Shown: positions 43,625 through 54,143, counted from the stretch's first letter. The stretch is DNA of 64,000 bases from Actinomycetes bacterium (GCA_025360225.1 JANYCN010000049.1:1555-65554); one strand, 5' to 3'. Notes: generated by a model not told the origin, from the sequence alone. A program made the numbers and translations.

Positions 43625-46600
43625 ATGCGCGCCTTCATCGCAGGAGTCCTGGGAACGATCGCCTTCGTGGCGGTACCATCGAGCGCGCTCGCGGCGAGCT
43701 GCACCGCCAACGCGGACGGCAACTGGACCGCGGCCACGACGTGGTCGAACTGTCCTACCGGGGTTGCCGGTGTGGCTGGTATCCCGGGCGTCGCCGACAC
43801 CGCCAGCGTCGCGGGTCACGTGATCGCGATCGACCAGAACGTCTCGGTCGCCGGCCTCACGCTTGACAACGCGACCCTCAACGACTCGGGTGGCAACACG
43901 ATCAACGGCCACATCGTCTCGATCCTCCTAGGCGGCGCGACGGTCACCGGGTCGGGCGTCCTGCAGTCGTCCGGCACCGGCCTCTCGATCGCTGGCGCCC
44001 TCACCTTGACAGAGACCAACCCGGGCAACTCGCTTGCGCTGACGGCTTCCGGGCCGACGAGCTGGACGGTGGGAGCGATCACCCTCACCGGCGGTGCGAC
44101 GTTCTCCCAGACCGCGAGCACGTTCACGACAACCGGCACGCTGGCTGGCACCGCCGACGCGGCGTCGCAGTTCTCGCTCGGCGGCACGACCGCGGTGTCG
44201 GCGGGGGCTGTCACCCTCACCGGTCCGGTGCAGGTCGGCGGGAGCCTCAACCTTGCTGGCGCGCTGACGCTCGACGGCGCGATCGTCGTGAGCGGCGTGA
44301 ACGCCGTCGCCGGCGCCGGATCGCTGTCGCTGACTGGCACGCTGAGCATTCCGAACGGCAACCGGCTCAACGTGCAGGCCGCGACGACGCTCGAGAACGT
44401 CGCGATCGCCGGCACCGGCGGCACGGTGATCGCGGCGACCACCGCCAGCGGCATCCTCACCGTGAGCGGCGCCACCACGTCGAGCGGAACCGGCACGATC
44501 ACGATCTCGGCCGATGCGAAGCTTCAGAAGCCGGTCTACGACGTCGGCCTGACCCAGCTCACGTTCACGATCACCTCGCTAGCGGGCATCACGGCGCCGG
44601 CGCCGGTGATGATCGACGGCGGCACGCTCGCGGCGAACTTCACCGGGCTCCTCTGGATCCACCTGGCGCAGGGCGCACAGGTCTCCGACCGCGCGACCAC
44701 GGGATCGCTCGCGGACGGTTCGATCGTCGATGGCCCCGGAATCTTCGGGCTCGCCGCGAGCGGGAACACCAGCGTTCGTGCGTCGACGGCGCCGAACAAC
44801 AGCAACATCGCCGCAGGTCACTTCACGCCGGGACTGCTCGACCTCGGCGCGGGTGCGCGCTTCACGATCAACGGCGCGACGTCGACCGTCAAGGTCGACC
44901 GGATCCTCGTCAACAACAACTCCGTCCTGACGCTGAACAGCGCGATCCCGTCCGGCCAGACGATCAACCCGCCCTTCCACGTGGCGGCGAAGATCGTCGG
45001 CATCCACGGCGGGCAGATCACCGGCGACCTCTTCACGGACATCGACGTGAGCGGCCAGGCGATCCTCGACTCGGCCTCGATCGGCGTCCCGATCACGACG
45101 CACGGCGCGACGAACCTGACGGGCAACACGACCCTCGACGCAAGCTGGACCGTGCCGACCAAGGCGACCCTGACGACCACACCAGGCACCACCGTCGACG
45201 GCATCGGTCGGATCCTCCTGGCGGGCGGCGCGATGATGCTCGGAGGCGATCTTGAGCTCGCCGGCCTCGTCGTCACGACCGACCCGAGCGCGCCGCACAC
45301 GGGCGGCTCTCTCGACCTCGCCGGCCACACGATCGCCATCGCGCTCGGCATCGGCACCCTCCGGGTCGACGCCGGCGGCACCGTTACTGGCTCGGGCACG
45401 ATCGACGCCTCCGTCGGCAACGTCGGCACGCTCGCGCCGACCGGCCCCTTCACCGTGACCGGCAAGCTGACGACGACCGGCACGCTCAGCGCCTCCTCGA
45501 ACGTGCACGTCATGCTCGACGCGCTGTTGCTCGGCGGGAACGTGACGGTGCACGGCCAGCTCACCGTCGATGGCGCGACGAGCGAGTCGGGTGGGACCGT
45601 TGCCGTCGTCGACGGCGCCACGGAAAGCGGCGACCTGACGGTGAACGGCGCGTCGCTCACCGCCGGGTCGATCACCGTCCACGGCGTGTTGATGGCAACG
45701 ACCGCGACGATCGTCTCGACCGGCGCCATGACGGCCGACCACACGGTGACCCTCGACACCAGCACGCTCTCCGCAGGTGCCCTCACAGCGACGGGTGATC
45801 TGGCGGCAACGACCAGTCCAATGACCGTCACCGGCCCGGTGACGGCAGGCGCCGGGGTGACGCTGACGAACTCGGCGCTCACCGCGACCAGCCTCGCCGT
45901 CACGGGCGACCTGAATGCGAACGGTAAGCCGGTGCTCGTCACCGGCCCAGTTGCGGTCGGCAAGGCCCCGGCGATCCATGCCCTGACCCTGACCGACGCG
46001 CCGCTCTCGGCCGCCAGTCTCGCCGTCACGGGCGACCTCAGCGCCGCCGGCGCGACCACCATCACGGTCGTCGGTGCAGCGGGGGTCGGCGGCAACCTGA
46101 CGATGTCTGGCGACACGGGCTCGCTCAGCTCCGCCGGTCTGACCGTCGGGCATGACGTCGTCGCACGCGCCACGTTCACGATCAACGGCGCCCTCTCCGT
46201 CGCCGGCACCCTCACCGGGACGGGACATCTAACCCTGACGCTGCCGGTGACGCCGGCGAGCCGGATCGTCGGTTCAGCGACGCTCTCCTCGGCGCTGCTC
46301 GACCTGCACGGCAACCTTCGCGTCGGCACCTACAGCCAGGACGCGACGAGCACGCTCGGGGTGTCGGTGCGCTCCGCCACCGCCACGGACCAGCTGACGT
46401 CGGACGGTTCGACAACCCTCGACGGTACGCTCAGCGTGACCTCGACCGGCTACGACCCAGCACCGGGAGCGACGTCCCGTGTCATCTCCTCGGGGCCGGT
46501 CACCGGAACGTTCGCGACGCTCACGGCGCCGCTCACGGATGGTCGCAACTGGCAGATCGTCGACTACGCCGCGACCCCGGTGACGCTCTCCCTCCACTAC

Positions 46601-47431
46601 AGCGCCCCGGGCATGCTGGCCGCACCAACGATCACCGGCACGCCGGTCGTCGGACAGTCGCTGACCTGCACGGACGGCACGTGGAGCGGACGCCCGCTGT
46701 CGTTCGCCTACGCGTTCGGCGAGCCGACCGCCCTCAGCACGCCGCCGACGACGATGAACACGGTCGTGATCACCCTCGCGATGGTCGGCAAGGACATCGG
46801 TTGCGCGGTCTCGGCAACCAACCCGGCAAGCACGGTGACGATCGCCTCGTCGAACGTGCTCGTCGTACGCCCCGCCCTGACGGCGCCGCCGTCGGTTGGC
46901 CCCGGTGCGAGCGTCCTCGGTGCCGCACTGACGTGCTCGCCCGGCGTGTGGGCCGGCTCGACGAGCTTCACCTACCAGTGGCTGCGTGACGGCGTCACGA
47001 TCACCGGGCAGACGACACAGGCGTACACGGCCGGCATCGCCGACCTCACGCACCTCCTGTCCTGCCAGGTCACGGCGAGCGGCGTCTCGAACACCAGCAA
47101 CACGGTCCTGACGCCTCCCGCCCGGGTCGTAACGGGCCTCGTCGTGGCCGGCACGAAGCTCGACAAGACGGGCAAGCTCGCCTTCAGCACCACCTGCATT
47201 GCCGCCGAAGGCTCGTGCACCGGCACGATCACCGTCACCGTCGGCGGCAAGGTCGTCGCCACCGTCGCGGTGAGCGGGGCCGGCAAGCGCGTCGCCAAGG
47301 TGAAGCTACCGGCAGCGTTGAAGAAGCGCCTCGCAGCCGGCAAGACGATCGCTGCCTCGCTCGCGTTCGTCTACCACGATGCCGGCGGGAACGTCCGCAG
47401 CTACGCGCTGCCTGGAAAGCTCCACAGGTAG
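43625..47431 (+). CDS. Giant secreted beta-helix-type surface protein (1268 aa) with C-terminal Ig-like repeats
   Basis: Signal peptide MRAFIAGVLGTIAFVAVPSSALA. About 1000 aa of low-complexity G/T/S/A/L/V repeats of the autotransporter-passenger / PATR style (GTLTLTG, LAVTGDL...). Two G..LTC..G.W.G...F.YQW-type Ig-like modules near the C-terminus. No LPXTG or C-terminal TM. Confidence 0.8.
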   Translation: MRAFIAGVLGTIAFVAVPSSALAASCTANADGNWTAATTWSNCPTGVAGVAGIPGVADTASVAGHVIAIDQNVSVAGLTLDNATLNDSGGNTINGHIVSILLGGATVTGSGVLQSSGTGLSIAGALTLTETNPGNSLALTASGPTSWTVGAITLTGGATFSQTASTFTTTGTLAGTADAASQFSLGGTTAVSAGAVTLTGPVQVGGSLNLAGALTLDGAIVVSGVNAVAGAGSLSLTGTLSIPNGNRLNVQAATTLENVAIAGTGGTVIAATTASGILTVSGATTSSGTGTITISADAKLQKPVYDVGLTQLTFTITSLAGITAPAPVMIDGGTLAANFTGLLWIHLAQGAQVSDRATTGSLADGSIVDGPGIFGLAASGNTSVRASTAPNNSNIAAGHFTPGLLDLGAGARFTINGATSTVKVDRILVNNNSVLTLNSAIPSGQTINPPFHVAAKIVGIHGGQITGDLFTDIDVSGQAILDSASIGVPITTHGATNLTGNTTLDASWTVPTKATLTTTPGTTVDGIGRILLAGGAMMLGGDLELAGLVVTTDPSAPHTGGSLDLAGHTIAIALGIGTLRVDAGGTVTGSGTIDASVGNVGTLAPTGPFTVTGKLTTTGTLSASSNVHVMLDALLLGGNVTVHGQLTVDGATSESGGTVAVVDGATESGDLTVNGASLTAGSITVHGVLMATTATIVSTGAMTADHTVTLDTSTLSAGALTATGDLAATTSPMTVTGPVTAGAGVTLTNSALTATSLAVTGDLNANGKPVLVTGPVAVGKAPAIHALTLTDAPLSAASLAVTGDLSAAGATTITVVGAAGVGGNLTMSGDTGSLSSAGLTVGHDVVARATFTINGALSVAGTLTGTGHLTLTLPVTPASRIVGSATLSSALLDLHGNLRVGTYSQDATSTLGVSVRSATATDQLTSDGSTTLDGTLSVTSTGYDPAPGATSRVISSGPVTGTFATLTAPLTDGRNWQIVDYAATPVTLSLHYSAPGMLAAPTITGTPVVGQSLTCTDGTWSGRPLSFAYAFGEPTALSTPPTTMNTVVITLAMVGKDIGCAVSATNPASTVTIASSNVLVVRPALTAPPSVGPGASVLGAALTCSPGVWAGSTSFTYQWLRDGVTITGQTTQAYTAGIADLTHLLSCQVTASGVSNTSNTVLTPPARVVTGLVVAGTKLDKTGKLAFSTTCIAAEGSCTGTITVTVGGKVVATVAVSGAGKRVAKVKLPAALKKRLAAGKTIAASLAFVYHDAGGNVRSYALPGKLHR

Positions 47432-47589
47432 ACCCGCCCCGCTGTCCCGCACCAGGCGCGTCAGCAGCTCATCGAGCTGGCGCGCCTGGTTCCGACACCA
47501 GCCGTTCAAGGTCACGCCCGCCGCTCGACGAACGGCTGGGAATCCGCTCCTCACGTAGAGCAGCAGGTTCGTCGATATTCACCAGGCCA

Positions 47590-49698
47590 ATGCCCGGACT
47601 GCTACGCCTGGATACGAGGGGGACGATCGTCGAGATCGACGGTGAAGCGCGTACCGCTCTCGGCATCAGCAGCGGCGACGAGACCGCCGCCTTCGCCAGC
47701 ACGCCGGTCGGCGTCGCCCTGGCGGGCGGACAACGAGACGGCGTCGCGGGGTCGCTCCGCTTCAACACCATCGAGGTCGCTGACGGCATCGTCGTGGCGG
47801 TGACGGACACCGCTGCGGAGCTGCGCGCGACCCGGCTCGAGGGCGTGCTGCACCAGCTCGACGACTACGTGTACGTGTGGGAGTACCACCCGGACGGCAG
47901 CTCGTACCCGCTCGTCGAGAGCATCTCCAGCTCGCACCTGTTCGGCGTCGAGAGCCAGGTAGGCCTCGCGGACAGCGAGCTCTGGATGCAGCGCATCGTC
48001 CCGAGCGACCAGCAGGCCTACCAGGAGGTGACCGCCGCACAGGCACGCGGCGAGAGCGGCACCGGCGAGTACCGCGTGATGCGCGACGATGCGACGATCG
48101 TCTGGGTGTTCGACCGCTGGCACGCGTTGACGGGTGACGACGGCGTACACGTCGTCCAGGGTGCGATCTCTGACGTGACGGCGATGCGCGCAGCGGAGGC
48201 AGCCGGACGGCTGTCAGAGGAGCGGTTCCGCGCGCTGGCAGAGTCCGCACCGGTCGGGATCTTCATCACGGACGCGGACGGGATGATCCAGTTCGCGAAC
48301 GACCGGTGGCAAGCCATCTACGAGCTCGACGACGGCGACTTCCAGGGCGATCGATGGTCGGACGCCGTCCACCCAGCCGAGCGCGAGGAGGCGCGCATGG
48401 CGTGGCTCAACGCCGTTCGATCAGGGGAGCCTTACGACTCCATGCTCCACCTCGTGCGCGCCGACGGTTCGGATGCCTGGGTCGCCAGTCGTGGCGCCCC
48501 GTTGTTCGACGCCGATGGCGCGGTCGTCGGTTACTGCGGCACCGATGACGACGTGACGGAGCGGATCCAGGCGACGCGAAACCTCGAGAGGCTGTCGACG
48601 ACCGACGCGCTGACCGGCCTTCAGAACCGCCGGTCGCTGACGGGGGCGATCGAGATGGAGCTCGCGGCCGCGAGTCCGGTCGCCGGGTTCGTGCTGCTCG
48701 ACATCGACCACTTCAAGCAGGTCAACGACGTCTATGGCCACCACGCCGGCGACCTGGTCCTCGTCGAGACCGCTCGGCGGCTCATGTCCGCGGCCGGCGG
48801 TGCGCAGGTGGCTCGCTGGGGCGGCGAGGAGTTTGCCGTGCTCGTGTCGTCCACCGCCGAGGCGGACGTTGCAGCGGTCGCCGAACGCGTACGCCTCGCG
48901 GTCGCCGACGGTCCGGTCGACGCCGCCGGGACGCCGCTCATGGTGACGATCTCGGCCGGCGTCACGACCGTCGCGCCGGGCGATACGACGACCACGTTCG
49001 TCGACCGCGCAGACAGCGCGCTCTACGCAGCGAAACGCCGTGGCCGCGACCGGGTCGTTCCGTTCTCCGGGCTGACGCCAACAGACCTCGCGGCAGAGGA
49101 GTCGTCGACGCTGCGCGTCGCCCGCGGCCTGGCCCTCGCCGCGAGCGTCCGCGAGGGGATGCCCGAGCTGCACTGCGAACAGGTCTCCCACCTCGCAGCG
49201 CGCACCGCTGAAGCTCTCGGCCTCGCCGAGGGGATCGTTACCCGCTGCCAGCTCGCGGGACTGCTCCACGACGTCGGCAAGCTCGCGATCCCCGACCGGG
49301 TGCTAACGAAGCGCGAGGCTCTCGACGACGATGACTGGCGAATGATTCGCGGACACGCCGAGATCGGCGCCCAGCTGATCCGCCGCCTCGATGGGCTCGA
49401 CAGCGTCGCACCGGGGGTGCGCCATCACCACGAGCGCTGGGACGGCACCGGCTACCCGGGCGGGCTCGCCGGCGAGGACATCCCGATCGAGGCGCGGATC
49501 GTTGCCGCCGCCGACGCGTACTCGGCGATCACGAGTGACCGGGTATACGCCCGTGGGCGCGAGCAGGAGGAAGCCGTCGCGGAGCTCCACCGCTCGGCCG
49601 GCTCGCACCTCGACCCGTCCGTCGTGGACGCGCTCTGCCAGGCTCTCGAAGCCGAGGCTTCGGCGATGGCCGCACGCTTCCGCCGCGACGCCGCGTAG
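47590..49698 (+). CDS. PAS-PAS-GGDEF-HD-GYP multidomain c-di-GMP turnover protein
   Basis: Internal ATG of track ORF 47215..49698. GGDEF domain (TDALTGLQNRR...ARWGGEEFAVLV) followed by HD-GYP (LLHDVGKLAIPD...HHHERWDGTGYPGGL). Confidence 0.88.
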   Translation: MPGLLRLDTRGTIVEIDGEARTALGISSGDETAAFASTPVGVALAGGQRDGVAGSLRFNTIEVADGIVVAVTDTAAELRATRLEGVLHQLDDYVYVWEYHPDGSSYPLVESISSSHLFGVESQVGLADSELWMQRIVPSDQQAYQEVTAAQARGESGTGEYRVMRDDATIVWVFDRWHALTGDDGVHVVQGAISDVTAMRAAEAAGRLSEERFRALAESAPVGIFITDADGMIQFANDRWQAIYELDDGDFQGDRWSDAVHPAEREEARMAWLNAVRSGEPYDSMLHLVRADGSDAWVASRGAPLFDADGAVVGYCGTDDDVTERIQATRNLERLSTTDALTGLQNRRSLTGAIEMELAAASPVAGFVLLDIDHFKQVNDVYGHHAGDLVLVETARRLMSAAGGAQVARWGGEEFAVLVSSTAEADVAAVAERVRLAVADGPVDAAGTPLMVTISAGVTTVAPGDTTTTFVDRADSALYAAKRRGRDRVVPFSGLTPTDLAAEESSTLRVARGLALAASVREGMPELHCEQVSHLAARTAEALGLAEGIVTRCQLAGLLHDVGKLAIPDRVLTKREALDDDDWRMIRGHAEIGAQLIRRLDGLDSVAPGVRHHHERWDGTGYPGGLAGEDIPIEARIVAAADAYSAITSDRVYARGREQEEAVAELHRSAGSHLDPSVVDALCQALEAEASAMAARFRRDAA

Positions 49699-49720
49699 CC
49701 AGGTGACGCCCCGGCGCGCC

Positions 49721-50614
49721 TCAGAACAACGAGAGCGTCGCGGCGACCAGCTCGATCGCCGATCGGTCGATCGGGTCGACGACGAGGATCGCCTCGTCTG
49801 CCCCTGCCGCGGCGAGCGCCGCGAGGTGCTCGGCGAGAACAGCAGGGACGCCGGGGACGTGCGGGGCGCCGTCGTCGTGCGGACGAGCCGACGTCCCCGC
49901 CCCGATCCGCACGGCGACGCACGCGCTCCGTCCCAGAGTCAAAGGGTCGCGTCCAGCCGCTTCGGCGGCGACCGTGATCGTCGCGTTCAACGCCGCGAAC
50001 CCGTCCGCCGTGTTCCCGTAGTCGCGATACCACGTGTTCCACCAGTCGACGCGGGCGATCGTTCCGGCGAGCATCCGCGGCCCGTTCGAGCCGATCATCA
50101 ACGGCAGCGACCGCCGCGGCGTCGGCAGCTGCACGGCATCGACGACCTGGTGGTAGGAGCCTTCGAGCGTGACGCGCTCGCCCGCGGTCAGCGCCGCGAT
50201 GATCGGAAACGCCTCCAGGAACCGGCTCACCCTCGCGTCGTACGGGATGCCAAACGCCCGGAACTCCTCGTCGTTCCACCCGGCGCCAAGACCGAGCACG
50301 AGCCGCCCGCCCGAGACCTCATCGAGGGTCGCGGCCATCTTCGCGAGCACCGCTGGCGGATGGAAGGCGGCGCAGGCAACGAGCGGCCCGAGACGCACGC
50401 GCGCCGTGCAGGCAGCGAGCGCCGCGAGGAGCGTCCAGACGTCCCACGGCCCACGCTCCTCCCGACCGTCACCGCGGTACAACAGGTGATCGCCGAGCCA
50501 GATCGAGTCGACCCCGGCCTCCTCCGCGCCGACCGCAAGCGCGCGGTACTCGTCGAAGCGCACGACCCGCTCGCACTCCGGCAACTGGATGCCGATGGCG
50601 AGGGGCGCGGTCAC
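49721..50614 (-). CDS. Luciferase-like monooxygenase family (LLM class, probably F420-dependent) oxidoreductase
   Basis: GTG 50614 (VTAPLAIGIQLPE...). Reads VDSIWLGDHLL and GRLVLGLGAGWNDEEFRAFG. Confidence 0.82.
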   Translation of the reverse strand: MTAPLAIGIQLPECERVVRFDEYRALAVGAEEAGVDSIWLGDHLLYRGDGREERGPWDVWTLLAALAACTARVRLGPLVACAAFHPPAVLAKMAATLDEVSGGRLVLGLGAGWNDEEFRAFGIPYDARVSRFLEAFPIIAALTAGERVTLEGSYHQVVDAVQLPTPRRSLPLMIGSNGPRMLAGTIARVDWWNTWYRDYGNTADGFAALNATITVAAEAAGRDPLTLGRSACVAVRIGAGTSARPHDDGAPHVPGVPAVLAEHLAALAAAGADEAILVVDPIDRSAIELVAATLSLF

Positions 50615-50697
50615 CCGTAGATCGTACCGCGTCACCGGACCCGTCGACGAGCCAGGTGCAGCGGCGCGACGTGGAGCCGGAGAGGTAGGCTCCGGGG

Positions 50698-52392
50698 ATG
50701 CCGCGCCCTCCCGAGACGCCGTTGCTGCGCCGCATCCGAGAGGCCGTGATCGGCGACGACCAGGTGATGCTCGGGCCATACGGCGCGCGACGCGTGACAT
50801 ACGCCGACTACACCGCGAGCGGCCGAGCGCTGACGTTCATCGAGGACTACGTCCGCAACGAGGTGCTACCGCGCTACGCGAACACCCACACCGAGGCGAG
50901 CGGCACCGGGCTGCAGACCACCCGGCTGCGCGAGGGTGCGAGGGCGATCATCCACGACGCCGTGGGCGGCGACGAGGAGGCGGTCGTGATCTTCTGCGGG
51001 TCGGGCTCAACCGCAGCGATCGACAAGCTTGTCGGCGTCCTCAACATCCGCATCCCTGCCGACCTCGACGCGCGATACAGGCTCTCCGACCAGATCCCTG
51101 CAGCGGAACGCCCGGTCGTCTTCATCGGGCCGTTCGAGCACCACTCCAACGAGCTGCCTTGGCGCGAGTCGATCGCCGACGTCGTCGTCATCCCGGAAGA
51201 CCCGGACGGGCACGTCGATCTCGCCTCGCTCGCCGAGCAGCTGGAGCGGTACGCCGATCGCCCGCTGAAGATCGGCTCGTTCTCGGCGGCATCGAACGTC
51301 ACCGGCATCCTCTCCAACACCTGCGCGATCGCCGACATCCTGCACCGGCACGGCGCGCTGTCGTTCTGGGACTTCGCCGCCGCAGCCCCGTACGTCGCGA
51401 TCGAGTGGTCGCCGACGTGTAGCGAGCACCCGCTGGCGCACAAGGACGCGATCTTCCTGTCGCCGCACAAGCTCGTCGGCGGGCCGGGCACTCCCGGAGT
51501 GCTCGTCGTCCGCCGGTCGCTCCTGACGAACCGCGTGCCGGTCGTCCCGGGCGGAGGCACCGTCGCGTACGTCAACGCCGAGGAACACCGCTACCTCGAC
51601 GACGCGGCACACCGCGAGGAGGGCGGAACGCCGGCGATCGTCGAGTCGATCCGCGCCGGGCTGGTGTTTCAGCTGAAGGAGGCGGTCGGGTTGGACGTGA
51701 TCGGCGCCCAGGAGGACTACCTGATCCACCGCGCGATCACGGCGCTCCGCGAGGAGCCGTCGATCGACCTGCTTGGCAACCTCGCCGCCGAGCGGCTCTC
51801 GATCCTGTCGTTCACCGTTCGCCGCACGCGCTACCTGCACCACAACTTCATCGTCGCGCTCCTGAACGACCTGTTTGGCATCCAGGCCCGTGGCGGCTGC
51901 TCGTGCGCCGGCCCGTACGGGCACCGGCTGCTCGGGATCGACCTCGAACGCTCGCACGAGTTCGAGCGCGAGATCGCCCACGGCTGTGAAGGCATCAAGC
52001 CCGGATGGGTGCGCGTCAACCTCAACTACTTCGTGTCAGACGCCGTGTTCGACTACCTGATCGAGGCCGTGCGGTTCGTCGGCCGCGAAGGCTGGCGGTT
52101 CCTCCCTGACTACCGCTTCGACCCGACGAGCGGCCTCTGGCGCCACCACGCCGGCCCGATCGATCCGCCAGTGGCGCTCCGCGACGTCTCCTACGATCAA
52201 GCGACCGGGGCGATGGCGTACCCCACCCACCACGACCGCGCGGGCGAGTCTGCGCTCATCGGGTACCTCGCCGAGGCGGAACGCCTCGCCGCGACACGGA
52301 CAGACGACCTCGGCCCCGACGGCGCACCGACGCTCTCCGCCGACTTCGAGCACCTCCGCTGGTTCGAGCTGCCCGCCTGCTGCGTCGGCTGA
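50698..52392 (+). CDS. Aminotransferase class V-fold PLP-dependent enzyme (long form, 564 aa)
   Basis: YADYTASGRALTFIEDYV...YANTHTE...FLSPHKLVGGPGTPGVLVV (PLP lysine). Confidence 0.8.
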   Translation: MPRPPETPLLRRIREAVIGDDQVMLGPYGARRVTYADYTASGRALTFIEDYVRNEVLPRYANTHTEASGTGLQTTRLREGARAIIHDAVGGDEEAVVIFCGSGSTAAIDKLVGVLNIRIPADLDARYRLSDQIPAAERPVVFIGPFEHHSNELPWRESIADVVVIPEDPDGHVDLASLAEQLERYADRPLKIGSFSAASNVTGILSNTCAIADILHRHGALSFWDFAAAAPYVAIEWSPTCSEHPLAHKDAIFLSPHKLVGGPGTPGVLVVRRSLLTNRVPVVPGGGTVAYVNAEEHRYLDDAAHREEGGTPAIVESIRAGLVFQLKEAVGLDVIGAQEDYLIHRAITALREEPSIDLLGNLAAERLSILSFTVRRTRYLHHNFIVALLNDLFGIQARGGCSCAGPYGHRLLGIDLERSHEFEREIAHGCEGIKPGWVRVNLNYFVSDAVFDYLIEAVRFVGREGWRFLPDYRFDPTSGLWRHHAGPIDPPVALRDVSYDQATGAMAYPTHHDRAGESALIGYLAEAERLAATRTDDLGPDGAPTLSADFEHLRWFELPACCVG

Positions 52393-52450
52393 CGGCGCCC
52401 GCGCACGTTCGCGGGTTCGCGGGTTCGCCGGGGTTTTCGGTTGGGAAAAC

Positions 52451-52537
52451 GCTACACGTTGGTGCCAGGCACAACGGTGTAGCATTCCGCATGGTTGAGC
52501 CAAACGCTACACCCCGTGCCTGGCACCAACGTGTAGC
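52451..52537. repeat. Pair of 32-33-bp near-palindromic units in inverted orientation (REP-like / long hairpin)
   Basis: GCTACACGTTGGTGCCAGGCACAACGGTGTAGC (52451..52483) and GCTACACCCCGTGCCTGGCACCAACGTGTAGC (52506..52537). A 22-nt core is a perfect reverse complement (52451..52472 vs 52516..52537). Each unit is preceded by AAAC. Confidence 0.8.
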
Positions 52538-52638
52538 GCGTCAGAGCCCGCCGTCCCTCTGTTGGAATCGTTTGCATTCGATCGACGGGACACACCGCAA
52601 GCTCCCGCGGGGCGCCAGTGGGCTCCCCGCCGCGCCTC

Positions 52639-52752
<114 letters not shown>

Positions 52753-52763
52753 GCGGCTGCGCC

Positions 52764-54143
52764 CTACAGCCGCCGCGCGTCGAAGACGGCCCGACGCACG
52801 TACTGGCCGTGGCCGGGGCGCGTGCAGATCCTGCCGTCGTCCCACACCACGGTGCCGCGCGACAGGGTCAGGCGCGGCGAGCCTGCGACCTCGCGTCCCT
52901 CGTAGATGTCGTAGTCGACGTTCATGAGGCTCGTCGCGCACGAGAACACGTGTCGCCGCGCCGGGTCGAAGACGACGATGTCGGCGTCAGCACCAGCACC
53001 GATCCACCCCTTGCGCTCGAGGCCGAACATCCTTGCGACGGCGGTCGAGGTGATCTCGACGACGCGGTTCGGGGACAGCCGTCCCGCCCGTACGCCGTGC
53101 TCCCACAACATCGGCAGGCGGTGCTGGATCGCAGCGAGGCCGTTCGGGATCTTCGAGAAGTCACCGAGCCCGAGGCGCTTCTGCTCGTCGTTGAAAGGGC
53201 AGTGGTCGGTGGAGACGATCTGCAGGTGGTCGAGGCGTAGCGCGTCCCACAGGTGCGGCTGGTTCGCGGCATCGCGCAGCGGCGGTGAGCAGACGTAGCG
53301 GGCACCCTCGAAGCCGGGCCGGCGAAGGTCGTCGACGGAGTTGAAGAGGTACTGGATGCACGTCTCGCCGTACGCGCGAGCGCCGGCGGCCCGGGCCCGG
53401 ATGATCTCGTCCGCTGCCGCCTTACAGGAGACGTGGACGACGAACACCGGCGCGCCGGCGAACCCTGCGAGGCGGACTGCGCGACCGGTTGCCTCGGCCT
53501 CCATCGTCTCGGGCCGCGTGAGGGCGTGGTGGATCGGGTCGGTCTGGCCGGCGGCGAGCGCCTTGGAGACGAGGTGCGCGATCGCGTGGCCGTTCTCGCA
53601 GTGCACCATCGTCAACGCCTCGAGGTCTCGAGCACGTTCGAGCACCGCAAGGTACTGATCGTCGGTGACCATCAGGACGTTCGGGTAGGCGAGGAACACC
53701 TTGAAGCTGGTGATCCCCTCGTCAACCATCGACGACATGTCGGCGATCGTCGCGGCGTCGGCGTTCGTGATCGCCATGTGAAACCCGTAGTCGACGTGCG
53801 CGGCGCCCTCCGCCCGCCCCATCCACTCCTCGAGCGACGAGCGCAACCCGCCCCGATGCATCTGGAGCGCGAAGTCGACGATGCACGTCGTCCCGCCGGC
53901 GGCAGCGGCGCGTGTGCCGGTGTCGTAGTCATCCGCGCTCCACGTGCCGCCGAACGGCATCGAGAGGTGGGTGTGGTTGTCGATCGCTCCAGGGAGCACG
54001 AAGCAGCCCGTGGCGTCGATCACCTCAGCGTCGACGCCGTCGAACCGGCCGACGCCGACGACCGTCTCGCCGTCGACCAGCACGTCCGCCGTCGCCGACT
54101 CGGACGCGTTGACCACGGTTCCGCCGCGGATCAGCTTGCGCAT
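52764..54143 (-). CDS. Dihydropyrimidinase / D-hydantoinase
   Basis: Internal ATG 54143 (MRKLIRGGTVVN...) of track ORF 52764..54440. Motifs DNHTHLSMPF, SFKVFLAY (carboxylated Lys), VHCENG. ATGA overlap with the upstream gene. Confidence 0.9.
   Translation of the reverse strand: MRKLIRGGTVVNASESATADVLVDGETVVGVGRFDGVDAEVIDATGCFVLPGAIDNHTHLSMPFGGTWSADDYDTGTRAAAAGGTTCIVDFALQMHRGGLRSSLEEWMGRAEGAAHVDYGFHMAITNADAATIADMSSMVDEGITSFKVFLAYPNVLMVTDDQYLAVLERARDLEALTMVHCENGHAIAHLVSKALAAGQTDPIHHALTRPETMEAEATGRAVRLAGFAGAPVFVVHVSCKAAADEIIRARAAGARAYGETCIQYLFNSVDDLRRPGFEGARYVCSPPLRDAANQPHLWDALRLDHLQIVSTDHCPFNDEQKRLGLGDFSKIPNGLAAIQHRLPMLWEHGVRAGRLSPNRVVEITSTAVARMFGLERKGWIGAGADADIVVFDPARRHVFSCATSLMNVDYDIYEGREVAGSPRLTLSRGTVVWDDGRICTRPGHGQYVRRAVFDARRL

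Noticed and set aside
39808-43800. Genomic island integrated at the tRNA-Lys
   Set aside because: No integrase, no direct repeat of the tRNA 3' end, and no compositional shift that I could see. The downstream genes are ordinary metabolic and transport genes.
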